A model generated the notes under the pieces. That model saw only the letters and a list, made by a program, of their open reading frames with translations. It was not told where the DNA came from and made no database searches. Below are positions 55,775 to 64,000 of a DNA stretch of 64,000 bases, piece after piece. Source of the stretch: an uncultured Bacteroidales bacterium (lineage in GTDB: Bacteria; Bacteroidota; Bacteroidia; Bacteroidales; UBA3824); NCBI GenBank assembly GCA_947168365.1, contig CAMVLO010000002.1:68770-132769 (forward strand), written 5' to 3'. Both the position numbers and the translations under genes were made by a program. Within the stretch, counting starts at the first letter, position 1; the number at the start of each line of letters is the position of its first letter.

Positions 55775-56530
55775 TTATGGTCTTACGTTTATTTTTTCTT
55801 TTATTAAATACTGTTTTAGTTCCGGAATTGCGATTTTGCCGAAATGAAAAATACTTGCTGCCAAAGCTGCATCGGCTTTACCTTTTGTAAAAACATCCTT
55901 AAAATGTTCCATTTCTCCAGCACCGCCGGAAGCAATTACCGGAATGGTAAGCATTTCCGATAGTTTTGCAAGCGATTCGTTGGCAAAACCGTTTTGATGT
56001 CCGTCGTGATTCATCGAAGTAAAAAGAATTTCGCCTGCGCCACGTTCTTCCATTTCTTTCGCCCAAGAGTAGAGTTCTAGATTGGTTGCTTTTTTGCCGC
56101 CGTGTGTATGTACAATCCATTGATTATTAATTTCTTTGGCGTCTATCGCTACTACAACGAATTGTTTTCCGAATTTTTTTGCCAAATCGCTTACCAATTG
56201 AGGATTTTTTACGGCTGCCGAATTTACTGAAATTTTGTCAGCGCCGTAAATCAAAAGATTTTCAGCATCTTCCACACTGGAAATTCCGCCGCCGATTGTA
56301 AACGGTATTGATAGGTTTTTCGCAACACTTTCTACCAACGAGTAAATTTGTTTTCTGCCTTCGTTGGTGGCTGTAATATCCAGATACACAAGCTCGTCCA
56401 CGCCTTGTTCCGAATATGCTTTGCCCAATTCCACAGGGTCGCCGGCGTATCGCAAATTCTCAAAACTTACGCCTTTTACTGTCTGTCCGTCTTTTACATC
56501 AAGACATGCTATTATTCTTTTTGCTAACAT
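55775..56530 (-). CDS. hisF: Imidazole glycerol phosphate synthase cyclase subunit
   Basis: [32 protein letters not shown] and [14 protein letters not shown]. Confidence 0.95.
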   Translation of the reverse strand: MLAKRIIACLDVKDGQTVKGVSFENLRYAGDPVELGKAYSEQGVDELVYLDITATNEGRKQIYSLVESVAKNLSIPFTIGGGISSVEDAENLLIYGADKISVNSAAVKNPQLVSDLAKKFGKQFVVVAIDAKEINNQWIVHTHGGKKATNLELYSWAKEMEERGAGEILFTSMNHDGHQNGFANESLAKLSEMLTIPVIASGGAGEMEHFKDVFTKGKADAALAASIFHFGKIAIPELKQYLIKEKINVRP

Positions 56531-56535
56531 CTTTT

Positions 56536-57258
56536 TTATTCTGAGGTTAATTGAGCCAATTCTCTTAATGTAACACGTTTTTCGTAAATTGCTTTGCCTA
56601 CAATTGCGGAATGCAGATTGTTGTTTGCCAAGTTTTCAAGATCTTTAATTCCTGATACTCCGCCGCTTGCAGTGATTTTCAATGTTGGAAATTCTTTCTG
56701 TAATTTTTGATAAAGTTCAATATCCGGACCTTGTAACATCCCGTCACATTTTATAGCTGTTACACAAACACGTTGCAATCCGTGTGCAAGAAATTTCTTT
56801 ATCAAATCATTTATCGTAATATGCGCATCATCTTGCCAGCCGTGAATCCTTACCATGTTGCCCATAACATCGGCACTGAGAATTATTTTGTCAGAACCGT
56901 ATTTTTTCAGACAATTGATCATAAGGTCGGGATCTTTTACGGCTGCGCTGCCGAGGTTAACAGCGTATGCCCCAAGCGAAAACAGCATTTCTACATCGCC
57001 GAGAGTTTTGATACCGCCGCCGCAGTCAATTTTCAAATCCGTATTTCGGGCGATGTCGCTCAATACCGCTGTGTTAACAAGAATACCTTGTTTTGCGCCG
57101 TCCAAATCTACAAGATGAAGATGTGTTAATCCGGCTTCTACATATTCTTCTGCTACTTTTACGGGTTCGAGGTCGTATTTTTTTACATTTTCATATTTGC
57201 CTTGTTGAAGTCTTACACAACGACCGTCAATGATGTCTATTGCTGGAATTATTATCAT
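56536..57258 (-). CDS. hisA: 1-(5-phosphoribosyl)-5-[(5-phosphoribosylamino)methylideneamino]imidazole-4-carboxamide isomerase
   Basis: [20 protein letters not shown]..., LHLVDLDGA. The true start at 57258 overlaps the hisH stop (ATGA). The longer listed ORF (to 57378) overlaps hisH and is rejected. Confidence 0.9.
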   Translation of the reverse strand: MIIIPAIDIIDGRCVRLQQGKYENVKKYDLEPVKVAEEYVEAGLTHLHLVDLDGAKQGILVNTAVLSDIARNTDLKIDCGGGIKTLGDVEMLFSLGAYAVNLGSAAVKDPDLMINCLKKYGSDKIILSADVMGNMVRIHGWQDDAHITINDLIKKFLAHGLQRVCVTAIKCDGMLQGPDIELYQKLQKEFPTLKITASGGVSGIKDLENLANNNLHSAIVGKAIYEKRVTLRELAQLTSE

Positions 57259-57842
57259 AGTTTTATAAAGTTTTCTAATATTAGTTGACCAATAGTACCA
57301 CTTTTTTCGGGGTGAAATTGTACACCGTAAAAATTGTCTTTTGCAATCGACGCCGAAAATTCTGTTGTATAATTGCATTTTGCTGCCGTGTATTCAAACA
57401 CCGGTACCATATAGCTGTGAACAAAATACATAAAACTGTTGTCCGTAATGCCTTTGTAAAGAGGAGTTTTCAGGTTATAAATTTCGTTCCAACCCATGTG
57501 AGGAATTTTTTCTCCGTTAGTTGCATTAAATTTTACCACGTTGATATCAAAAATTCCGAGACCATCGGTGTCTTCTTCTTGAGAATGTCGGCACATCAAC
57601 TGCATACCAAGACATATACCGAGTACCGGCTGTTTGAGTTCGGGGATAATTTTGTTTAAGCCCGTAGATTTCAGGGCTTCCATAGCAGCGCCGGCGTTTC
57701 CCACTCCGGGGAAAATCACTTTGTCAGCAGAGGTGATTACGTCATGTTCCTTAGTTAAAACAGTTTGACAACCAAGTCGTTGCAATGCTGCTTCTACTGA
57801 TTTGATATTTCCGGCTTTGTAGTCGATAATAGCGATTTTCAC
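57255..57842 (-). CDS. hisH: Imidazole glycerol phosphate synthase glutamine amidotransferase subunit
   Basis: KIAIIDYKAGNIKSV, GVGNAG, GICLGMQL (catalytic Cys) and FHPEKSG. I infer a GTG start at 57842; the TTG at 57863 is an alternative. Confidence 0.85.
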   Translation of the reverse strand: MKIAIIDYKAGNIKSVEAALQRLGCQTVLTKEHDVITSADKVIFPGVGNAGAAMEALKSTGLNKIIPELKQPVLGICLGMQLMCRHSQEEDTDGLGIFDINVVKFNATNGEKIPHMGWNEIYNLKTPLYKGITDNSFMYFVHSYMVPVFEYTAAKCNYTTEFSASIAKDNFYGVQFHPEKSGTIGQLILENFIKL

Positions 57843-58091
57843 AATGTAATTTATTTTTGGCAAAGATAATAATTATACATTATTAATCAATATATTTTTT
57901 CAGAAAATTACAACACTGTTAATTAACGTCCGTGAAAATTGATTTTTTTATGACATCTTCACATGAAAATATTGTCAGAAATTGTTGTAACAAACTTTTT
58001 CAATAAAAATTTGCAGGTGTAATTTTAAATGTATAATTTTGGAAACAATTTCTTAACATCAAAATACAATTACACTAAAAAGACATTAAAA

Positions 58092-59543
58092 ATGGCCTCT
58101 TTAAAAGAAAAAATCGGCTATGCCCTTGGAGATGCGGCTTCAGGCGGTATTACATGGAAAATTATGTCCATTGCCTTTCCGCTTTATTTTACAAATGTTT
58201 TCGGACTTTCGCTTGCAGATGCTGCTGTGCTGATGCTTGTTGCACGTCTTTTTGACGTGGTAACCGACCCTTTGATGGGTAGTCTTTCGGACAGAACACA
58301 GTCGAAATTCGGTACATACCGTCCTTGGTTGATTTTCGGAGCTATTCCTTTCGGATTGATTTTCGCATTGTTGCTTTACACTCCGGATTTTGATGCTACC
58401 GGAAAACGTATTTACGCTTATACTTTGTATCTTGTAATGATGGCGATGTATACGGCTGTAAATGTGCCTTACGGTTCGCTTTTGGGCGTAATGACCGATG
58501 ATGACAACGAGAAAAATCAGTTTTCATCGTTCCGTATGGTAGGTGCGTATGCGATGGGCTTTATTACATTGCTTTCGTTCCCGTATATTCAAGGTTGGAT
58601 TGGCGGTGGCGAGTATTCTGAACTTAATAATAAACTCGTTGAACTGAAAGCTATTGAGAATCCTTCTGATGATATTAAAAATCAAATTCAATCAATCAGT
58701 CAATCCTTGGTTCCGATGTTGCAACATCAATATGCTGTAATTGGTGTAACATTCGGTATAATTGCCGCAGTTATGACACTTGCTTGCGGTCTTCTTACAA
58801 AGGAAAGATTAAAACCGGTAAGAGCCGAGAAATTCTCGTTTAAGCAGTTTGCCGATTTGGTGAAAAACAAACCGTGGATTTATTTGACTTCAATTGGTAT
58901 TTGTACAAACTTTTTCAACGGATTCCGTTATGCAGTAGCCGGTTATATGTTTACATATTGTCTTAACGGCGATGTTACATTGGGATCGTTTATTATCAAT
59001 TACACCGTGTTTATGGCATTCGGTGAAGTAATTTGTATGATATTCGGTGGAGTTTCGCCGGTATTTACAAAGAAAATCGGTTCAAAGAAAATGGCGTTTT
59101 TCTATGCTTCAATTATTTGTCTTGTATTTTCAGTGTTGTTTTTCTTGATTCCGATGGACAAATCTTATATGTGGTTGATGATAGTATTTGTAATTCTCAC
59201 ATCTGTCGGTGTAGGTCTTTACTCTCCGCTTCTTTGGTCGATGTATGCCGATGTTGCTGACTATGCTACTGAGAAAAACGGTACATCTTCTACCGGACTT
59301 ATTTTCTCGTCAGGTACAATGGCTCAGAAACTTGGCGGTGCGGTATCAGGTTCGTTGATAGCGTTGCTTCTTGGTGTTGCGGGTGCTACAATGATAGAAG
59401 ATGCTATGGGCAACCTTACAATAGATGCTGTATCGGTAACCGATTCTGTTAAAACAATGATTTGGTCGTTGTTCTCACTATTCCCGGCATTGTTTGCAGG
59501 TATCATGGCGATTTTGGCTTACAAATTCCCATTGAAAAAGTAA
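58092..59543 (+). CDS. GPH-family (glycoside-pentoside-hexuronide):cation symporter, MFS superfamily
   Basis: KIGYALGD, then ARLFDVVTDPLMGSLSDRTQSKFGTYRPW (GPH signature D-x-x-DP-x-x-G-x-x-DRT). About 12 TM helices. I prefer the ATG at 58092. Confidence 0.8.
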   Translation: MASLKEKIGYALGDAASGGITWKIMSIAFPLYFTNVFGLSLADAAVLMLVARLFDVVTDPLMGSLSDRTQSKFGTYRPWLIFGAIPFGLIFALLLYTPDFDATGKRIYAYTLYLVMMAMYTAVNVPYGSLLGVMTDDDNEKNQFSSFRMVGAYAMGFITLLSFPYIQGWIGGGEYSELNNKLVELKAIENPSDDIKNQIQSISQSLVPMLQHQYAVIGVTFGIIAAVMTLACGLLTKERLKPVRAEKFSFKQFADLVKNKPWIYLTSIGICTNFFNGFRYAVAGYMFTYCLNGDVTLGSFIINYTVFMAFGEVICMIFGGVSPVFTKKIGSKKMAFFYASIICLVFSVLFFLIPMDKSYMWLMIVFVILTSVGVGLYSPLLWSMYADVADYATEKNGTSSTGLIFSSGTMAQKLGGAVSGSLIALLLGVAGATMIEDAMGNLTIDAVSVTDSVKTMIWSLFSLFPALFAGIMAILAYKFPLKK

Positions 59544-59563
59544 ATTTCAGTAAATAAAAAAAA

Positions 59564-59603
59564 GCAGGATGCGTATAAGAACATACACATCCTGCTTTTT
59601 TTT
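59564..59603. terminator. Bidirectional rho-independent terminator
   Basis: GCAGGATG...CATCCTGC stem flanked by A8 and T8 runs, between convergent genes. Confidence 0.7.
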
Positions 59604-59623
59604 ACTAATAATTGTCGTAAAAA

Positions 59624-60244
59624 TTAGTAAATCAACTCTTTTACACCTTCTCTGATGATTTCGATGTCCGAACCTGTACAATCTACTATAGCAGTCGGTT
59701 CGTTGAGACCGTAACCGCCGTTGATTACTAAGTCAACTTGATTTTTATAACGTTCCCAAATCAGTTCGGGGTCTGTAGAATATTCTATGATTTCGTCTTC
59801 GTCGTGAATTGAAGTTGTAAGTAGCGGATTGCCAAGATGTTCTACTATTTGGTACAGAATTTTGGAATCCGGAACACGAAGACCTACTTCTTTTCTTGAA
59901 TTATCAAACATCCTTGGAATTTTTTTGCTTGCCGGAAGAATAAATGTAAACGGACCGGGAGTATTTTTTTTCAACAATTTGAAAATCCTTGTATCCAAAG
60001 GCATTGTATATTCCGAGATGTCTTGTAAATCTTTGCAAATAAATGAGAATCTTGCTTTTGCGAGTTTTATGCCTTTGAATCTGGCGAGTCTTTCAAGAGC
60101 TTTTTTGCTTGTCATGCTGCAACCCAAGGCGTAGACGGAGTCTGTCGGATAAATGATAACGCCGTCGTGTTGAAGGATATCCACAGCCTGAAGTATGGCT
60201 TGAAGCTGCGGAGTTTCCGGATGTATTCTTAAAAGTGTACCCAT
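59624..60244 (-). CDS. tsaC: L-threonylcarbamoyladenylate synthase (YrdC/TsaC family)
   Basis: GVIIYPTDSVYALGC, KGIKLAKARFSF and PGPFTFIL are YrdC-domain blocks. 206 aa. Confidence 0.8.
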   Translation of the reverse strand: MGTLLRIHPETPQLQAILQAVDILQHDGVIIYPTDSVYALGCSMTSKKALERLARFKGIKLAKARFSFICKDLQDISEYTMPLDTRIFKLLKKNTPGPFTFILPASKKIPRMFDNSRKEVGLRVPDSKILYQIVEHLGNPLLTTSIHDEDEIIEYSTDPELIWERYKNQVDLVINGGYGLNEPTAIVDCTGSDIEIIREGVKELIY

Positions 60245-60342
60245 GATAATTGTTGTTTGTGTTAATTTCAGGGTACAAAAATAAGATATTTATTGGTAGA
60301 TTATTATTACAAAAACAAAAAAAATTTGCTAAGTATTTGTTA

Positions 60343-60726
60343 TTATGATTTTTTCGCAACCGGAATCAGGTTGAACGGAAGATTTATGATTTGGCTGTAT
60401 TCATCGCCAATAGCTTGCATATCTTCATCGATTTCTTTGTAATACCAATTTACTGTGATATCGCTTTTGTCTTTGAAATTTTGTAATAGTAAAAGTATTT
60501 GGATAATTTGTTTGCTGGATGCAGTGTTGAAATACTCCAATTTCATATCAAAGACAGTTTTTGGATTAGGATTTTCAGCGTATTCAGTAAACCATTGAAT
60601 AATAGGGGCATAAAAATCCACAGCATCTTCGGGCAACGACATCTGGGCTAGTTCAAATATTCCTTTGTCGGCGTCTAATACTACTTTGGGTGTATCAACA
60701 GTTGGTTCTTTTACAAATGGTTCCAT
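60343..60726 (-). CDS. DUF1987 (SiaC-like) protein
   Basis: 127 aa: TPKVVLDADKGIFELAQMSLPEDAVDFYAPIIQW...FDMKLEYFNTASSKQI matches the DUF1987 pattern as I remember it. Confidence 0.7.
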   Translation of the reverse strand: MEPFVKEPTVDTPKVVLDADKGIFELAQMSLPEDAVDFYAPIIQWFTEYAENPNPKTVFDMKLEYFNTASSKQIIQILLLLQNFKDKSDITVNWYYKEIDEDMQAIGDEYSQIINLPFNLIPVAKKS

Positions 60727-60770
60727 TTTTTTATCGCAAATTTTTTTCTTTTTAATGTGTTTTATTTTTG

Positions 60771-61892
60771 TTAATCTTTTTTATTTATTGTGGTTTTAAC
60801 TGTAAAAAAGTCAGTTTTGTCGTTGACATTTATTATAGAATACTCAATCTGAGTACCTGTTTTTCTTCTAATATCAATGAATCCCAATCCTGTAGAAACG
60901 GGGTTGTTTACTTCCGGATTTAGTAGGATTGCATTGTATTCTTTTGTCAACTGCTTGTAATCCATTTTGTTCAAACGGTCGATTCTATCCGCAATTGGAC
61001 GTGAGTGCTCTTTACGGATGTAATTACCCGCCAAAAGTGCAAATTTTTCTTCATATTCGCAAATATAGAATACACCGGCTTTCCAATCTTTTGTGTTGTC
61101 GATATTGTCGGCATGTTTTACGATATTTTGCAATAATTCCACCATTACGCCGTAAAGCTTTATCCTAGTGGAAGTTTCGCTCATTCCGGATTTTAGAATC
61201 GACAGCAAAGATAGTAAATTTTCTTGATTGAAATCTCCTTTGAACGAAAGTGTCAAATTATTTTTGGAGAATGATTCGTGATCTTCTATCAGCCTTTGTA
61301 TCGGATATTCTGTATTTGATGCGGAGTTTTTTTCGCTTTCTTCTGATTCTGTTTCGATTTCAGTAGTGAGATAGAAATACGAAAATTCATCATCAACGGG
61401 TTTTATCTGGTATTCAAGTTTGTTTCCTGAACGTTTTGCCATTTCTATAAGTCCGAGGCTTGCACCGCCTTTGTCTGTAAGTCCTGTGGTGGTACGAGTT
61501 TCCCGGCTCAGTTCTTTCAGCTCCGACGGGTCGAGATGATTGATAAGTTCAAGTTTCGCTCTGAGAGCTTTTTCCTCGGCTTTCAACATTAGATTGCCGG
61601 TTGCAATTATGTATTTGTGAGCTTTTTTGTGAATTACAATTATCGCTTCTTTGTCATTGTCTTTGTCTGAACTTTCTGCTTGATGACGTGTAATATTCTG
61701 AAGACCTTCGCCCATGATATAGTATATACGTGATCTGAGTTTGCGAGTATCTTCAGCTTGGGCAAGGTTGCTTTTGGCAAAATCAAGGATGTCCATTACA
61801 AGTACCGGAGTGATTTCGCCCCGATAGATGTATTCCATGTCATTCTTTTCGATGTCAATGAAATGGTTGTATAAGTCCAGTGATTGATTCAT
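60771..61892 (-). CDS. Tandem SiaB-like (anti-sigma-kinase/GHKL-like) protein
   Basis: Two internal repeats, each with YRGEI/FKGDF ... hh-E-hLQNI-x-(R/K)H (GEGLQNITRHQ and VELLQNIVKHAD) and a G-x-G block (GGASLGLIEM, STGLGFIDI). Directly upstream of the DUF1987 gene. Confidence 0.6.
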   Translation of the reverse strand: MNQSLDLYNHFIDIEKNDMEYIYRGEITPVLVMDILDFAKSNLAQAEDTRKLRSRIYYIMGEGLQNITRHQAESSDKDNDKEAIIVIHKKAHKYIIATGNLMLKAEEKALRAKLELINHLDPSELKELSRETRTTTGLTDKGGASLGLIEMAKRSGNKLEYQIKPVDDEFSYFYLTTEIETESEESEKNSASNTEYPIQRLIEDHESFSKNNLTLSFKGDFNQENLLSLLSILKSGMSETSTRIKLYGVMVELLQNIVKHADNIDNTKDWKAGVFYICEYEEKFALLAGNYIRKEHSRPIADRIDRLNKMDYKQLTKEYNAILLNPEVNNPVSTGLGFIDIRRKTGTQIEYSIINVNDKTDFFTVKTTINKKD

Positions 61893-62108
61893 ATAGTTAT
61901 TTAATTGTAACGCAGCATTGTTTTACTATTGTTTTCAGTTTCAAAGATAACAAAAATCGGGCTATTTCATAATTTTTTGATGCTTTTTTTGCTGAAAATC
62001 TTTTATTTTATAATTTTTCTGAAAAATTAAGCTAAAAAAATTTTTTATTGTACATCGTTTTTTTCATATCTTAGCAGTACACAAATGTATTAATCTTTAT
62101 ATTCTATT

Positions 62109-63617
62109 ATGAATTTAAATATCAATAAATTAACAACTTGGATTGGTCTTGGAACTTTAGGACTGATTACGGCATGCGGCGGCAACAATAATTGTCCGCT
62201 CAAGGATTTTGCTCCTAACGAAATTATTGGCACTTATCAGAAAATTTATAATAACGAGCCGCTTAATGCTCAGGCTCAGCGTTTTGCAATTTATCTCGAT
62301 TATTCAGGAAGTGTAAAAACTGCATTCAAAGATGCTAATACTCAGCAGTTTTATCAGCTTTTTATCAATAGTTTGAAAATCTCTACTGTTGATTTTTTTG
62401 AGGTTAACAATTTTAGTGTTGACAAAATTGATAATCTTGAAAAATCTCAGTTGTACAAAAAAGTAAAAGACGCTTCCAAATTCAAAGGCGACAATGCACC
62501 TCTCAACAAGACTGTGGAACAGATAGTTGCGAATAATACCGAGGCGGTTTTTATTACTGACGGCGAACTTTGGGAAAATGGTGAGCGTGACGACCCGTGG
62601 GCTCGCGAAGAGTTTGAAAAATGGTTGAAAAACGGTAACAAACTCGAATTTTTTGTAACTAATCATCTTGACGGTGGCAAACAAAAACACCTCTTTTATA
62701 TATGTTTTGTTCCGAAAAATACCGAAAGTGCTGTGGCTTCGGATTTCAAATTTTATCTTGACAACTCGGTGGAAGCCAAGAATTTTCAGTACAGTTATTT
62801 CTCTTTTTCCAACAATACTACCAAAATTACAAAAACAGATTATCAGCTAAAAACCGGCGGTCTTAACGAAAATACTTTTATGGACGAGACTGTTTATATT
62901 AATCAGCCTGATTACGAATTTATTTCATTATCAAGTAGTTGGAAAGATTTGTTTAAGTATATCGCCAATGCTTACGACAAAAACGGAAATCCGATAAAAG
63001 GCGGTGCTCCGCTTCTGAGTCGTCTTGGCGTGGATGTTAGCGGTTTGGAATTTTACGATGTTAACAATTTATCTGTCAAGGTGTACAATATCTCGGATGA
63101 TTTTCATAAGCTGAAACGAATAATGGAAGTAAAAGAAAATACTCCAACATTTTGGACTGATGAAAACGGCGAAATAGTTTTGGACGAAAACCGTCAGAAA
63201 ACCGTAATTTGTCCCGGTGATTGGGAAGGTTACAACGATAAGGGCGAACTTGTGATGGATACAGTTTTCAAAACTTCCAAAGGGTTGCCCGTGATTGAAG
63301 GTTTGTTGACAATAGATCAGGATTTACTTGCAGATTTCAAGTCGCAGAAAAAAGGTGAAGTTAATCTTAAACTCAGTCAGAATTTTTCCGGTTCGATGTC
63401 TGAGAGCGATTATAATTTGTTGAGAGTAGATATCTGTTTGTCAGGCGTTACTGTAAATACAAGTAATATTAATTTTCAGAATTTTATCTGGCAGGGAAAA
63501 CAAGTAAAAGAAAACCGAAGTATGTACAACTCTATTTTGGGTGCGCTGAATGCTGCTAATCCAGAAGGCAAAGTTGTTTATACATATTACATCAATACAT
63601 TACCATACAAAAACTAA
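62109..63617 (+). CDS. Lipoprotein with vWA-like (MIDAS) N-terminal domain
   Basis: LGLITACGG lipobox. FAIYLDYSGSV (DxSxS), APLNKT and AVFITDGE resemble MIDAS elements. 502 aa. Confidence 0.55.
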   Translation: MNLNINKLTTWIGLGTLGLITACGGNNNCPLKDFAPNEIIGTYQKIYNNEPLNAQAQRFAIYLDYSGSVKTAFKDANTQQFYQLFINSLKISTVDFFEVNNFSVDKIDNLEKSQLYKKVKDASKFKGDNAPLNKTVEQIVANNTEAVFITDGELWENGERDDPWAREEFEKWLKNGNKLEFFVTNHLDGGKQKHLFYICFVPKNTESAVASDFKFYLDNSVEAKNFQYSYFSFSNNTTKITKTDYQLKTGGLNENTFMDETVYINQPDYEFISLSSSWKDLFKYIANAYDKNGNPIKGGAPLLSRLGVDVSGLEFYDVNNLSVKVYNISDDFHKLKRIMEVKENTPTFWTDENGEIVLDENRQKTVICPGDWEGYNDKGELVMDTVFKTSKGLPVIEGLLTIDQDLLADFKSQKKGEVNLKLSQNFSGSMSESDYNLLRVDICLSGVTVNTSNINFQNFIWQGKQVKENRSMYNSILGALNAANPEGKVVYTYYINTLPYKN

Positions 63618-63622
63618 AAAAT

Positions 63623-64000
63623 ATGAAAGATATTCTTTATCACAATCCAAACGAAGTAGCAGGATTGGTAAGCAACACTTATATATTGTCGGCTGTTGCT
63701 GCAATAGTATTTTTGTTGATTGCAATGATAATCAGCAAAACGATAGCATACGAGGGCGGCAAAAATCCTCAGGATCCGAAACGCAGAAGAATTTGGTTTT
63801 GGATTGTTGGAATTGTAGCTACAGTAGCATTCTTTTGTTACAATTATTTTGTAGTAAAAAATCAAATAGTACCAAATCAGATGCTTTTGGACGATTTTGC
63901 GAAACACATGGCAATTGCCACCGGCGTTACATTTGTTATTTATTTGACAGCCGGATATTTACTCAGTCATTTTGTTTTCAAAAGCGGAAAATTCGGAACT
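63623..64000 (+). CDS. Membrane protein, 5' part (continues beyond the window)
   Basis: ATG at 63623, then open to base 64000: MKDILYHNPNEVAGLVSNTYILSAVAAIVFLLIAMIIS...WFWIVGIVATVAFFCY... At least three hydrophobic helices. Absent from the ORF track because it has no stop. Confidence 0.6.
   Translation, partial: MKDILYHNPNEVAGLVSNTYILSAVAAIVFLLIAMIISKTIAYEGGKNPQDPKRRRIWFWIVGIVATVAFFCYNYFVVKNQIVPNQMLLDDFAKHMAIATGVTFVIYLTAGYLLSHFVFKSGKFGT

Noticed and set aside
56536-57378. Long form of hisA (280 aa) starting at 57378.
   Set aside because: The extra 40 codons overlap hisH and look non-protein-like. The canonical MIIIPAIDI start at 57258 gives the typical ATGA coupling with hisH.
63614-63907. 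97-aa minus-strand ORF from the track.
   Set aside because: It is antisense to a better plus-strand frame that starts at ATG 63623, encodes clear TM helices and stays open to the window end.

Overview
AT-rich chromosomal segment that looks like a Bacteroidales (Bacteroidota) genome. Support for this: several genes have TAnnTTTG -7 boxes 20-70 nt upstream, and the window contains an S46 dipeptidyl-peptidase, a protein with a T9SS-type C-terminal domain, PD-(D/E)XK/AAA (DUF1703-type) and DUF4143 ATPases, and many SpII-type lipoproteins. Housekeeping genes I recognise: maeB (5' end outside the window), htpG, rlmH, hisH-hisA-hisF-hisIE, tsaC, a Wza/Wzc-like polysaccharide export pair, an AGCS transporter, a GPH-type symporter, a GH5 glycanase, a nitroreductase and a large sensor histidine kinase. 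I found no rRNA, tRNA, CRISPR array, transposase or integrase. Two loci stand out. (1) A translationally coupled five-gene minus-strand operon at 31557-39408. It encodes a DUF4062-like/TIR-like two-domain protein, a 1089-aa STAND NTPase with an internal TM helix, a charged coiled coil and a WD40-like propeller, an outer-membrane beta-barrel, a propeller-like lipoprotein, and a membrane-anchored PP2C phosphatase. I read it as an NLR-like, envelope-spanning conflict or signalling system. (2) A 12 x 42-bp tandem array at about 41240-41765, in a 1-kb gap upstream of htpG. Each unit carries two dyad-symmetric motifs exactly 21 bp apart, which resembles the sopC centromere of plasmid F. The same TCTTGTA/TACAAGA half-site recurs in a 3 x 33-bp dyad array at 6346-6430. 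Lesser points: a TM-MurF-like plus atypical Ddl-like pair; a three-paralog lipoprotein family in which the thioredoxin domain is intact, degenerate or absent; a tandem SiaB-like kinase plus DUF1987 pair with no adjacent phosphatase; a (YG)13 tail on the Wzc-like kinase; and several GC-rich structured intergenic elements. All family assignments come from motif recognition by eye. No database search was run.
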